Origin: Stegostoma tigrinum
Taxonomy: Eukaryota
Direction: 5' to 3'
DNA: 64,000 nt
NCBI RefSeq assembly: GCF_030684315.1
Contig: NC_081359.1
Location: 99,044,947-99,108,946, forward strand
The notes under the pieces were generated by a model, which searched no databases, was not told the DNA's origin, and saw only the letters and a list, made by a program, of their open reading frames with translations. The translations under genes were made by a program, and so were the position numbers. The first letter of the stretch is position 1. Every line of letters begins with the position of its first letter. Positions 38,640 to 51,749 of the stretch are shown here, piece after piece.

Positions 38640-39620
38640 TGGCTTTAGTTTCAGAGATAGACCAGACTGAACACAAGATTTGACAGCTTGGAGAAAACAA
38701 TTCTTGAGCTATGGAATACCTTTTCCAACTGGTCACTAAGAAAGAAGCTAAACAAGTAGATACATTTTTCTACATAATTGGAAGTTGTACCAGATGTATC
38801 ATTGCTTACCAAGATATAAAGGAATCATCTGACAAATTTGAAGAGATATTGAAAGCCTTGGACAATTATTTCAACCTCAGAACAAGTAAAATTTATGAAA
38901 GAGCAAGAGTACATGAAAGAACACAACATTTAAGTCCATAAAATTATCATCAGTGGTCCTTACAGGTTAATGAAAATGAAGCTTTGTCAGATTTATTAAA
39001 TCTAAAGAAGATGTGTCTCTAGAGACAGTCATCTGGATGGTGAGGAAAACAGATGTGTGGAAGCAAAACAGATCAATTCTAAAAGGGGAAGACAACAATT
39101 AGCTTTAGAATCCATTATTTTCTTAAGGTATGAAACCACAAAAGATAATAGAATCACGATCATCAAATCCCTACAGTGTGGTAACAGACCCTTCAGCCCA
39201 ACAAGTCCACACTGACCCTCAGAGCATCCCACCCAGACCCATCCCCCTATAACTCACCTAATCTACACCTCCCCCCCCCCCCCCCCCGCCTCCCCCGAAT
39301 GCTATGGGCAATTTAGCATGGCCAATCCACCTAGCCTGCGCATCTCTGGGTTGAGAGTGGAAACCGGAGCACCTGGAGGAAACCCACGCAGACATGGGGA
39401 GAACGTGCAGAGTCCATACAGTCAACAGAGTGTGGAATCGAATCTGAGTACCTGGCTCTCTGAGGCTGCAGTGCTAACCACTGAGCCACAGGTGGTAGAA
39501 ATCCTTGCTAACATAGTGGATTGAAGAAAGCTCATATGAATGATCAATGTCCAGCTGTAAAATTAAACCCTTTTATTGTAAGAAAATGTAATAATTTCAG
39601 AAAATATGCTGAAGTAGGAG
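38640..39620 (+). mobile_element. Ty3/Gypsy-type gag relic interrupted by a V-SINE
   Basis: Translation WRKQFLSY...KQVDTFFYIIG...DKFEEILKALDNYFNLRTSKIYERARVHERTQ resembles Gypsy gag (QVxTLLY...FxPxxNxxYERxxFxxRxQ). A degenerate zinc knuckle (HMNDQCPA...CKK) lies near 39530-39610. Confidence 0.6.
39148..39490 (-). mobile_element. Full-length HE1-like V-SINE
   Basis: The minus strand starts gtggctcagtggttagcact (A box) ... gattcgattcc (B box), then the V-domain core and a CR1-type tail. Confidence 0.85.
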
Positions 39621-39789
39621 ACTGTCACACCAAAGGAAGTGATCAAAGAACTGCACACAGAAGAGATAAATAAGGTAGAACAGCCCTGAACCTAAAATTT
39701 TCCCAGAAAAGACCAAGATTAAGTCACAAATTGTAGCCATTTCCCTTGCCATGAATTCTGCATGTATTCATGCATAGTTATAACACCCA

Positions 39790-41870
39790 TTAGACCATAA
39801 GATATAGGAGCAGAATTAGGTAATTCAGCCCATCAAAACTGCTTCACCACTTGGTCATGGCCAATATATTTCTCAATCCCACTCTATTACCTTCTCCTCA
39901 TAGCCCTTAATGCACTTACTATTCTAGAAGCTATCTATCACTGTCTTACATATACTCAATGAGTTGTTCTCTATAGCCTTCAGTAACAATGAGTTCCATA
40001 AATTCCCCAGCCTCTGGTTGAAGAAATTCTTCATCATATCAATTTTAAAGCATTGCCCCTTCATTCTGAGACCATGTCCTCAGTTTCTCGTTACTTCTTC
40101 GAGTGGAGACACCTTCTCCATTTATACACTAGCCAGTCCTCTCAATATTCTGTAAATCGCAATCAGATCCCCCTTCATCCTTCTAAATTCCATCAAGTAT
40201 AACTGCTGCTCATATGACAAGCCATTCATCTCCAGGATCACTCTTGTCAATCTCCTTTGGACCTCCTCTAAGACTTGCACGTCTTCCTTAGATACAGGTC
40301 CCAAAACTGGCCAGAATATTCCAAATGTAGTCTGACAAGAGCTTTATACAGCCTCAGCAGTGCATCCTTACTCATGTATCCTAGCTCTTCTCGAAATGAA
40401 TGTTATACTGCATTTGCCTTCCTTTGGAAACTGAACGTATATGTTAACCTGAAGAGATTCATGAACTTGGGCTCCTAAATCCCCTTGCACTTCAGATTTC
40501 TGAAAACTTTCCCCATTTAGAAAGTAGTCTATACCTCTATTCATCCTACCAAAGTACATAACCTTACTCTTTCTCACACTGTATTCCATCTTCCACTTAT
40601 TTGCCTACTCTCCTAGCCTATTCAACGTCCTCTCCCTTACCTTTTATATAATGTAATAAAAACTCTTGGAGTTTTCTTTTAAATTACTAGCTAGCTTATC
40701 CTCATAATTGATTTTCTTGCCCTTGTTGCTTTTTAGTTATTCTCTACTGGCTTTTAAAGGCTTACCAATCTTCTGGCTTCCCATTAATCTTTGCCACATT
40801 GTCTATTTTTACTTTTGCATTTATGCTGTCCCTGACTTCCTTTGTCAGCCTTGACTGCCTTGTTGTCCCCTTAGTATGCTTCTTCTTCTGTGGGACGAAT
40901 TTCTGCTGTGCCTCCTGAATTATCCTCTGAAACTGCTGTCATTGCTGCTCCACCATCCTCTCTGCTAGGCTTCCCTTTCCAATCAACTTTGGCCAGCTCC
41001 TCCCTCATATCTCTTTAGTAACCTTTACTCAGTGTAACAAAGTTATAGAGTCTTAGAGTTATACAGCACAGAAACAGACTCTTCAGTCCAACTTGTCCAT
41101 GCTGGCAATATTCTACGCTATTCTAGTCTAATTTGCCAACATTTGGCCCATATCCCTCTAAACCCGTGCTATTTGTATACCCTTCTCCCTCTCAAACTAC
41201 AGACTGCTCCGATCATATCATGGTTACTGCTCCCTAAGTGTTCCTTCACTTCCCTCAAGTTTACCTCATTACATGTCACCAAATCCAGAATTGCCTGTTA
41301 CCTCATAAACTCTATCATGACCTGCTCTAAAGTAAAGCATCGCACAGACATTCCACAAATTCCTTTTCTTGGAATCTTCTGCCAACTTGATTTTCCCAGT
41401 TCACATATATATTGAAGTGCCCCCATGATTATTGTAATATAGTGCCTTCCTTACATGTCTTTTCCGTCTCCTGATTTATTTTCTGCCCCAAATCTTGACT
41501 GCTGCTAGGAGGCCTGTAGGAAACTACCATCAGGGTCCTTTTTCCTTTGCAGCTCCTAAACTCTACCCACACAGATCCTATGATTTCATGCTCTCTTTCA
41601 TTTCTTGCTATTGATTTAATTTCATTCCTTACTAACACAGCAAACTTGCCTTCTCTTCCTACCTCTCTGTCATTTCGATATGATGAATATCTCATGGTTA
41701 TTCCCTTACCTTCTGTGCCTGAAGTTAGATTCATGACCCTTTCTATACTCTCTGTCCCATTGCTCGTTCTGGAAACTTTAATAACTTCTGCTGAGCAACT
41801 GTCTCCATCCCCCAACTCAACCCAACTTCACCTCCTCTCCGTCACCCCGATCTCCTTTAACTAGTTTAAA
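39790..41870 (-). mobile_element. CR1-like LINE, internally deleted: APE endonuclease remnant (41180-41700) plus RT C-terminus and 3' tail; nested tail fragment at 41045-41175
   Basis: Translations RNDREVGREG...SVWVEFRSCKGKRTLMVVSYRPPSS, VQGDLG and VQRRLTRVI; tcttatggtc tail. Confidence 0.85.
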
Positions 41871-42184
41871 CCAGGGGTGTTGCTCAGGAGAAGTTATTAA
41901 AACCCAGCAATAATATTTACATTTGTGTTGAACTTACACAGTTTAGCAATGTAGCAGCAAGAGAGATTCACCCTCTGTCCCCTATTGACCAGAATGTATA
42001 TGGTATTGTAACATTGACAAGAGTACGGCATTAACTTAGTGACTAGTATGGATTTTCCAAGGAATTTATTAGGTTTTGTAATACATTGTCAACAATAAAA
42101 GCATAACAACAGATGCTCAGAAAAACACATCATGGAATTTCTGATTCCAAAGCCCACCCAGCATCTTCAGAAGTTAAAATCTGA

Positions 42185-42312
42185 AAGAATTGCGGATGCT
42201 ATAAATCAGGAACAAGAAACAAGTTGCTGGAAAAGGTCAGCAGGTCTGGCAGCAGCTGTGAAGGAAAATGCAGAGTTAACATTTCGGGTCCGGTCACCCT
42301 TCCTGAGAACAC
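42185..42312 (-). mobile_element. Penelope-type terminal-repeat fragment (family B)
   Basis: The minus strand reads gaagggtgaccggacccgaaatgttaactctg, a stem II-GAAA remnant. Confidence 0.6.
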
Positions 42313-42899
42313 AGAAGTTCTTGGTTATGGTGAATCAGCTGCAAACATTCTATATAAATTTTTGTTCCACATCTGTTTCATCATTCATTTCTTTGACCGA
42401 TTCCTCACACAATAACATTTATGATAATGTTTGGCTTCCTTTGTGTGAATATACTGCTGTTTATCATGTACAGCTTGATAATCATGAAAATGTAAGTATG
42501 GGACCATTTTCTTAAGCACGATGGGGAGCCAAGCTTTCAGCTTTCTGCCCGTCAGTAGCTCTGGTGCTTTTAAGTTATGGTGTAGTTGTGTAGACCTATA
42601 ATTCCATGAGCCCAGCATCTATAACAACAAAAGGGCTGTATGAAGGGACTGCTGAAACATTACCCAAGTATAGTTGTGCCATCCATAGATTATTTATTTC
42701 CATGAAATGAATGGCTAACCTGGGAGTAAATGTCAATCACAGACTTCAGAGTCTCAGGAATACAATCACAGTCAACTGTCTTCCACCCAACAGATTAGAA
42801 TTTTCCCATGTCTGAAGAGAAAACACTCAGCGAGAATGTTGAAACCTGGAGATTGTTTGAATTTGTAAAGTCAAAGACTTGGAGAGGGTGGGTGGTGGT

Positions 42900-43570
42900 A
42901 AATGTCTAATTTGCCAGCATTTGGTCCATATCCCTCTAAACCCATGGTGGTAAATGTAAATATGAAAACAAATGTATAACAGTAATAGTGTAAGATGTTG
43001 GCTTATTCTCATGATTTTATAAAACTCCACAAGATCACCCCGCAGCCTCTGACACTCCATGGAAGTAGCACCAGCCTATTCAGCCTCTCCCTATAGCTCA
43101 AGCTCTCCAACCCTGGCAACATTTTCAAGTTTCTCAACATCCTTCCTATAGCAGGGAGACCAGAATTACATGTAGTATTGCAAAAGTGGCCTAACCAATG
43201 CCCTGTGTAGCCACAACATGACCTCTCAACTCCTATACATGATGCACTGACCAATAAAGGCAAGCATATCAACAGCCTTCTTCACTATCCTATCTAGCTG
43301 CAACTTTACTTTCAAGGAACTATGAACCTGCACTTCAAAGTGTTTGTTCAGCAACACTTATCTGGACCTTACCATTATGTATATATTTCTGGCCTGATTT
43401 GCTTTTCTAAAATGTAGTGCCTTACATTTATCTAAAGTAAGCTCCATCTGCCAGTCCTTGGCCCATTGGCCATCTGATAAAGATCACGTTGTACTCTGAG
43501 GTAACCTTCTTTGCTGTTCACTACACTTCCAATTTTGGTGTGGCCTGAAAACTTACTAACCATTCCTTGA
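42900..43570 (-). mobile_element. CR1-like RT fragment
   Basis: Translations RLRGDLVEFYKIM and LSYRERLNRL. Confidence 0.8.
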
Positions 43571-43689
43571 GAGAAGTCAATAGCTATTAGCAAACAGACC
43601 TGACATTAATTTGTTCCTAACAGTCTCAGAAATAATGTAGACCATATTTGAGTAAAAAATAATTGCAATAATGCTGAATAAAATGAAAG

Positions 43690-45070
43690 AATATTAAATA
43701 ATTTAATAGCAAGGCACTTGGATAATTTCAAGGTTAATGAAAGAGAGACAACCTGGTTTTGAGAAAGGAGAATCATGTTAGACTAAGCTATTGGCAATCA
43801 TTGTAGAAATAACACACACTTTGGATAAAGGGGAACTGATCAGCAGACTGTTCTTAAATTTCCAGAAGACATTTAATAAAGTTCAGTAACAAAGGTTATT
43901 GCAAAACTGAAAATTGATGATGCCTGGGTAATGTATTCGATGGATAGAAGGCTGGCCGGCTAACAGGAAGCAGACAGCAAGCATAAAAGGGTCCTTTCTC
44001 TGTGGCAAGTTGTAACAGTTGATGTGCCACTTGGATTGGTGGGCAAATGTTTACAATTTTATAAATCAGGATTAAGTGAAGAAAGGTATAGTTGAAAAAT
44101 TTGCTGATGATGCAGATGATTCGGAATGTCAGTTGTTAAAAGCACAAAAGGTAGCTACAAAGGGGCATACACAGTTTAAGCGAGTGGGCAAAGATCTGGG
44201 CAAATAGAGTATAATGTGGGAAAATGTGAAATTGTCCATTCTGCAGAAAGAATAAAAATTGATCTAATTGCCTACTTGTAGAAAGATTGCGGAGCTCTGT
44301 GATGTGGGGGGATCTGGGTGTTTCCATGTACGAATCAGAAAAGATCAGCATGCAGGTATAACAAGTAATTGTGAATGTTACCATTTGTTGTTAGTGGAAA
44401 TGTGCACAAAAAGTGGAGATGTTATGTTCCGGTTAGGCATACACTGGTGAGACCATGTCAGGGTCACTGGGCACAGAATTGATGACATTATTTAAGGAAG
44501 GATGTAAATGCATTGGGAACAATTCAGAGAATGTTTGCCAGAGAATTACCTGGAATGGGCAGAACATGTTGTGTGGCAATGTTGGACAGGCTAGATGTGT
44601 TTCTGCTGGAGTTTAGAAGACTAAGAAGTGACTTGATTGAAATAAATAAGTCCATATGAGTAGGGATGGCAATGAATACTGGCCCAGCAAGTGTTGCTCA
44701 TGTTCAATGAGGGAAATAGGTTCTGAGGGATCTTGACAGGGTAGACCTGGAAACGATGTTTCCTCTTATAGGAGAATCAAAGACCAGGAGCTGTTGTTTA
44801 AAAATCAGTCCCCCTTCCCATTTAAAATGGATGAGGTGAATTTTTTTTATCTCAAAGATTTGTGAGTCATGGGAACTATCTTCCTGAACAGATGGTGGAA
44901 GCAGAGCCTTTTAATATTTTTAAGGGAGAGGTAAGTGTAATCTTGTTAAGTGAGATGCTGAAAGGTGATCAGAGGTAGGTAGGAATGTGATTACAATCAA
45001 AGTGACCTGGATCATATTAACTTAGGGAGTAGATTCAAGGGGCTGACTGGCTTACTCCTGCTCCTTGTTT
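43690..45070 (+). mobile_element. Degenerate CR1-like ORF2 3' half
   Basis: FQKTFNKV and KFADDA (aaatttgctgatgat) motifs, and a CR1 3'UTR end. Confidence 0.8.
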
Positions 45071-45974
45071 GCATATTCATACTCTTCTAGTTAGACCAGA
45101 AAGTGGCAAGCTTCATCCACTCCAGACCGCTCTTGGCTTGAAGGAATCTCAACACACATCAAACTTCGCCCATAACTCCAGTTAGCTGTCCTATTTCCAT
45201 CTCCCTTGATTCTTCTAATGCAGAAAAATCTCAGCCTTGAAGAGAATTTTTCTTTCCAGCTGGTGGAAGCAGCCTCTCAGCGTCTACAAAGTAAGCATTT
45301 CTAATTGTGTATCAGCTCTGGGCTAGGTGGTAATGCTATCACCTCACACTGCCTGGGTTCCAGTACCACATCAAGACTTGAGGTAAAAAGCTTATATTCA
45401 ATGTACAATTACACTTTTAGAGTAAAATTGTGGTCTCATCACATTTGTCAGGTGGATATGGAGGTAAAAATTCACTCAACAACAGTGAAAGTGATGCTTC
45501 TATTTTGCTCAATAACCTTAACCAACTTCAGAGAAATAGAGAATCTGATCATAGTGCATTCCTATATATGGGAGCATGTTTTGATTAAATTGGGTGTAGT
45601 GTTTCCTTCATTACACCATTAACCACACTTCAAAGTTCCACCACTGGCTGTGAAATACTTTGAGACATTTGATGATTGTGAAAGTTGCTTTTAAAACACA
45701 AGCCTTTCATTTTTCTTTATGTATCAATTACATCTATTTTATTTCTTCTAAATGCCAGAGAATACAGAATTATACAGTACAATTTCTAATGGTGGGATAG
45801 CCCTCTCAGGCCAGAATCTGGGTAAGCCTTGACCTCTGAAGCAATCCATCTTCTGGCATAGTTTAACTGACATTGTCTCACTACAGCTGTATATCATTCA
45901 CAGAATCACAGAATTGTTACAGTGCAGGAAGAACGCTACTCAACCATTGTGTCTACACTGGCCCCCTGAACATT

Positions 45975-46480
45975 TCGGTGGATGTGAAAGCATTGCAGAG
46001 AGTGCAGAGGAAGCTTACAAGACTTTTGCCGAGGAAGTTTCTGGGGATGAGCAACTTCATTTATGAAGGTAGATTGAAGAAGTTGGGATTGTACTCCTTG
46101 GAGAGAAGGTGAAGAGGAGTTCTGTAGACCTTTGCAAAGTTATATGTGGCTAGATAGAATAGATGGGGAGAACCTTTTCCCACTCATAAAATAAATAAGA
46201 GCTAGAGTGCTTTGGTTTAAAATGCTTTGTAAAAGAAGGATGGATGAAGTGAAGAAAAACTTTTTTCATTCAGGGAGCATTTGGATATGGAGTTCCATGA
46301 ATGTGTGATGAAGGCAGGCTTGATTGATGCATTCAAGAGGATGTTGGGTAGTTACTTGGAAGGTGCAAGGAGATGGGGACAATGGTGTAGATTGGCACTA
46401 AGTAGTGATGCTCGTTTAACATGCTGGTGCAGGCATAATGGGCTGGATAGTCTCCTTCTGCATGATGACACTTTTGTGAT
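45975..46480 (+). mobile_element. CR1-like 3' fragment
   Basis: Translation DVKALQRVQRKLTR...YEGRLKKLGLYSLERR. Confidence 0.75.
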
Positions 46481-47399
46481 GCTGTGAAGTTGTCACTCAA
46501 ATTATTTGGCTGTTTTATGACATAGCTTCTTTGACCATCAAGTCCTGGTGTTACAATTGAACCTGGTACTTCTGGATTATGTCTAGGAATGCTTCCTGCT
46601 GCAGGCTAAGACCTCTCTCCTTTCCGTGAGATTAGGTGCATATGGGAATTTGGCACCTGATTCCTATGCCAACAGCAATCTAAACTCAGCAGGTTGATTT
46701 TGCCATTGAAGTTCAACTAAGGCTTTCTGATAAACTGCTTTGAGAGGAAGTTGTCATGTGAGTGTGTAATGCTAACCAGTGCCAACATAATTCAGTAAAT
46801 TGTTGCCACTATCCCCTTTACTGATTGGGATTTACAGGACCTAGATGGTCCAAAGTGGTAAAGGAAAATGATTAGATACTTTAGTCAGAATAGTCTTAAA
46901 CAATATATAGTTCATTGCGTGGCCATAATCAGGTTCAGTTACAGTCATAAGATAAACTTTGGTAATGAGATTATTGGGAGACTGAGAATAACAAGACTGT
47001 GCCCCTACTGGATCCTAAAATAGTCGACCTTTCCCCACCCAACCTCTCATGACAATGTTAATTGGGTGGAACTGTATTGTACCTATCAGGACCATTACCT
47101 TTTACAAGAGCAATCTTCCCCTTTTGGTGCACAAAAGTGCAGAGACTCTCATTGCTGGATCTAATTATGGTATATTTTGGTAGGGAGTCCTTAAGAATGG
47201 CAGTTCATGGTGCAAATCAAAAGTGAACCTTCTCTTTGTCCCATGTTAGTCTCCATCATCTTGATGGGCAGGTCAACTCATTCCTTCTATAAAATAAATA
47301 AGACAGTCACAAAACCCCGATCAAACAGAATGGATATATACAACATCGCCTATTAGAGGTCTGATGGTGAGTAGAACTTTTGTTTTCAAGTGAGTAGGT

Positions 47400-47745
47400 T
47401 ACACATTCATGTGTCAGTCTAGGGTTTGGAGAACACTCTCCAGTGTCATGATAAAGGGGTGCTGCATTGTTGCCTTTCAGATAAGATGTTAAATTGAGTT
47501 CATTGAGCCTTCTTAGATGAATGTATAAGAAGAACGGGCATTATCATTATTATTTATTCTTTAAACCATTGTAATAAGCCAGATGCTCTGATGATGATCA
47601 CTTTGCTGCTTGGGGACCTTGCTGTCAGCATATTTGGTTGCCATGGCTTCTCCCTTATGACTGTGAAGGCGCGTCAAAAGTATTTAATTGAGTGAAAAGA
47701 TTCTTTGACATATCCTAAGATTTTGAACATTGCTACACAAACAAA
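47400..47745 (+). mobile_element. Degenerate DeuSINE/SacSINE-like element (related copies near 55810-56140 +, 59350-59470 +, 54540-54910 -)
   Basis: Shared core gtgctgcattgt...gcctttcagataagatgttaaa / ggaggtgctgtcttttggatgagatgctaa. The family name is from memory and has not been searched. Confidence 0.5.
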
Positions 47746-47779
47746 ATTCAATTTTGAAAATTAGAATCTGAGGCATTAC

Positions 47780-48310
47780 AAGAACAACTTGCATTTATTT
47801 GGCACATTTAGTGTTGAAAACTATCTGAAAGAGGTTCACTGAGACATTATTAATTAAAATTTGATGCTGAACCATGGAAAGGCCAGTTGATCAAATATTT
47901 GTTTATAAAGCTCAATGTTAAGGAGTGCCTTAAGGACGAAAGCATGGCAGCAAGATGTAGGGAAGGAATTCTAGACCTTGGGTTCTAAGTGTCTGAAAAC
48001 GTAGAAAACAATGGCTGAGCAATTAAAGTTGGAATGCTCAAGAAGCCAGAATTAGAGGAGAACAGACATCTCAGAGGATTGCACAGCTGGTCAAGTTTAG
48101 AGAGAAGTGCCATGAAGGTATTTGAAAATGCGGATGACAAGGGAACCAGGTCCTATTGGAGGTGTGGAGGTGGACTTGCCGTGCATTAATACATGGGAAA
48201 TGCATCTTTGGATGACTTTGTGTTTGTAGAGTTTAGAATCTGGGAGACCAAAATGAAGTCTAGAACAAAGCAAGAGATGAATAATTGTTTCCCCAGTGGA
48301 GGACCTGAGG
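47780..48310 (-). mobile_element. Probable L2-like LINE relic
   Basis: caacttgcatttat tail and agggaaggaattctaga motif typical of the reverse strand of L2 3' ends. Heavily degraded. Confidence 0.4.
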
Positions 48311-49163
48311 CAGGATCAATGTGGGGGCAATGTTACACAGGTAGAATTATACCTCAGGGATTCCACATCTAGGTCAAACCTCAGTTTCATATTTACTTTA
48401 CTTATTTAAACTTGTTACTAATTTGGGACTTAATGAATCCTCTAGCTATGGGAATAAGAAATTTTCTCTTATCATCTTGGCCAATCTCTTGTGCATTACT
48501 CTTCAGCTGAGCTTGTGGGCAAAAGAGTTAGTGATTGCTAACACCAGATGAGCCTGCGCCAATTATTTATTTGAAATCAGTTAGGAACGTTAATAGAATA
48601 GTAAATTATTAAGCCAACAAGAATTAACAGAATACAATATGCTACATATGGTTGATCTGATTATTCACATCTGTTGTGTAGATAATTGCAATATTAGAAA
48701 AATGCCAGAATGTATTTTTATCTTTCACTTTATTAAGTGGATAATGAGCTTAATCACTGTCGTTATTGGCTGCCCCTTGATTCAAGGGTGATGTGTATAT
48801 GAATTTCTTGCCATGTGTCTTTGTGACACAGCAGGATGATATTTGGCAAATAAATCCTTAGATACGTAAGGCAGGATATCCCGTGAGGTAGTGGGGCCTG
48901 GAGTGTACCTTTTCCTTCCATTCCTTTCCTTCTCTGCTACCACTCTGCCTCCTGCTTAAGACATTTGTGACTCAAAATGCAGTTAGATCAATGGACAAGT
49001 TGTCACCATTTTAAGCATTTAGTAGCAAGCTCCCCCAATTCATTAATCTCAATACTGCCAGGCTACAAGGAGAGATTGAGAGTCACTTTGTATCATTTAC
49101 CCTGACGTCCTCTAGAGTATTGCCAATTTGAAAGTTGGGAAAACAGGATCATCCTCGGATGCT

Positions 49164-49387
49164 GAGGGATAATGGGAACTGCAGATGCTGGAGAATCCAA
49201 GATAACAAAGTATGGGGCTGGATGAACATAGCAGGCCAAGCAACATCTTAGGAGTGCAAAAGCTGACGTTTTGGGCCTAGACCTAGACTTTTCTGATGAA
49301 GGATCTAGGCGCGAAACATCAGCTTTTGTGCTCCTAAGATGTTGCTTGGCCTGCTGTGTTCATCCAGCCCTATACTTTGTTACCTAA
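49164..49387. mobile_element. Penelope-type family A hairpin element, 14-bp TSD
   Basis: catcct(c/t)ggatgct occurs at 49150-49163 and 49388-49401. Inverted arms; ctgatga at 49293-49299. Confidence 0.85.
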
Positions 49388-49549
49388 CATCCTTGGATGC
49401 TTTTCAGCCATCTTGACCATTCCTTCAGAAGTGATTTCTCTGGAGTTTTGCCTGAATACTTGTAGAATTGGCTTCAAGAAGAATACTAGAATTTATTCGA
49501 GAAACTTCTCAGTGAACCAGGTGGATTATTTGTCTAGTGGTTTCTCTAG

Positions 49550-50250
49550 TGTCATATAGTCAGACAGTCAGACAGTGTGGAAACAGATCCTTCAGTCCAA
49601 CAAATCTATGCTGAACATATTCCCAAACTGAATTAGCCTTGCCTGCTTGCTCCTGGCCTACAAACCTCCAAACCTTTTCTATTCATGTGCTTATCCAAAT
49701 GTTTTTTAGACGTTGGAATTGTGCCCATATTCACTACTTCCTCAGGAAGTTCCTCCACACGCGAACCACCTTCTATGTAAAAAAAAATTGCTCTTCATGT
49801 CTTTTTAAAATCTCCCTCCTCTCGCCTTAAAAATGTGTCCCTGCTCTTGAAATCTGCCATCCTACCATTCACTTTATCCATACCCCTCATTAATTTGTAA
49901 ACTTCTATAAGATTGCCTCTTAACCTCCAATGCTCTGGTGAATAAAAAGATCCAACCCATCCAACCTTTCTTTATAACTCAAAGCATCCATATCTGGCAG
50001 CATCTTGGTAAGTCTCTTCTGAACCTTCTGCAGTTTAATATTACCCTTCCAATAACCGGGCAAACTGGATGCCATATTCCAGAAGAGGCTTCATTAATGT
50101 CTTGTACAACCACAACATGACTTAGCAACACCTATGCTCAAAGGATTGACCAACAAAGGCAAGCATGTTAAATGCCTTGTTAACCACCCTAAATACATGA
50201 TGCAAACTTCAAAGAATTATGTACCTGAACCCCTAAGTCTCCCTGTTCTG
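49550..50250 (-). mobile_element. CR1-like 3' fragment
   Basis: Collinear with 30410-31500. Confidence 0.75.
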
Positions 50251-50644
50251 CTCATATGTCCCACTGATATACAATCCAAACCCTGCTTTACAGGACAGTG
50301 ATGGCAACTGTCCTGTACACTTGGACTTTTATTGACTTGTGGAAGTCTTTGCCATCAATAGCTCACTGCTGCAGATTGTAGGAAACTGAGCTAGCATAAC
50401 TCATTCAGTGTTGGATTTGGTTTTGTGGGCCTTTTGAGAGAGGTGACTACCAAAGTTGGGAAAATTCTCCAACATATCCTAATTTCCTTCCTTCAACGTA
50501 TGTGGGAGGTTGATGTCTTGCAGATCTGTTGCAGAATGAGCAAAGACTTTGCACTCAGCTACAAATTATTGGTCACGATGTTCATGATGGTCTGCTTAGT
50601 TCTGGTGACAAACTTTAAGCAAAAGAGCTACCCGTCACTTTGGA

Positions 50645-50975
50645 AATGCAACAATTGTAACTATCTTCAAAAAGGGAAATATATCAATCTATGAATGCAT
50701 CCTAGAAATATTCCCAAGACAGAGTGCGACTTGAAATGTTCCAGAGGAACCTTCATCATGGTTTTGTTTCCATCAAATCCAAGAAGAATATCAAGAACAA
50801 TGTTGTGACCAACAAAACAACAGGCTCTGTGTGTTAGGCTCCACAGGTTTGAAAAGCCAAGAAGTGTCATTGCAATCCTTGAATTGCTTCATGATGAAAT
50901 ACCTGCAACCAACTTGAGTTGGAGATCTGAAACAGATCCCTTCAAAATTGAATTAGTATCAAGGAAGGCTTGGTG
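50645..50975 (+). mobile_element. Degenerate RTE-like reverse transcriptase relic
   Basis: IVTIFK..., SRGT..., QIQEEYQEQ and ETDPFKI segments resemble RTE-clade RT. Contains many indels. Confidence 0.4.
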
Positions 50976-51527
50976 AAGATGGCTAAAGCAAAATCTTGTG
51001 AATGCTGGATATGTGTAGTAGATACAAAATGTTTGAAGTAATCAGTAGGCCAAAAAGTACCTGTGGAGTGAAACAGAGTTGACAATCTAGATTTTCATAG
51101 AGTTGTTGACTCTAATGCTTTATCCAAAATGGTATCAAGAATGTAGACCTGGGAGTTACTCCCTGATTTATGATGGATCCTATTTTCATCAACACAGGAA
51201 GCATTCAATTATTAAGAAACCCTGAACCCACAGACGATTTAAACTAAGTGCTGAATTCGAGCAGACTATATTTTCATTCGACCAAGTTTCGTCTTTCATA
51301 GCCTGTGGCTTATGATGTTAAAAGTAGATGGGAATTCTTGTAAAAATCAATGAAGTTGTCAAGTTATATAAATTTCCTGTATCAAACTTTGTGAAAAGAG
51401 TCAGCTGTGCCCCTGAGTTTTAAAAAAAGTGCTTGAAATTTCAGTCGCTGTTTGTTGAAATCACGCTACGAGCTATCACTGTAGTCATAGAGTTGTACAG
51501 TGTGGAAACAGACCGTATTAGTAATTA

Positions 51528-51749
51528 AGATTATAAAATGTGATGCTGGATGAACACAGCAGGCCCAGCAGCATCTCAGGAGCACAAAAGCTGACGTTTC
51601 GGGCCTAGACCCTTCATCAGATGAAGGGTCTAGGCCCGAAACGTCAGCTTTTGTGCTCCTGAGATGCTGCTGGGCCTGCTGTGTTCATCCAGCCTCACAT
51701 TTTATTATTTTGGATTCTCCAGCATCTGCAGTTCCCATTATCACTGATA
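51528..51749. mobile_element. Penelope-type family A near-perfect palindromic element, 14-bp TSD
   Basis: cgtattagt(a/g)atta occurs at 51514-51527 and 51750-51763. Arms of 86 bp are centred on 51619. Confidence 0.9.

Noticed and set aside
39420-39490. tRNA gene (also 22770-22830)
   Set aside because: The A/B boxes belong to SINE heads that continue into SINE body, and there is no complete cloverleaf.
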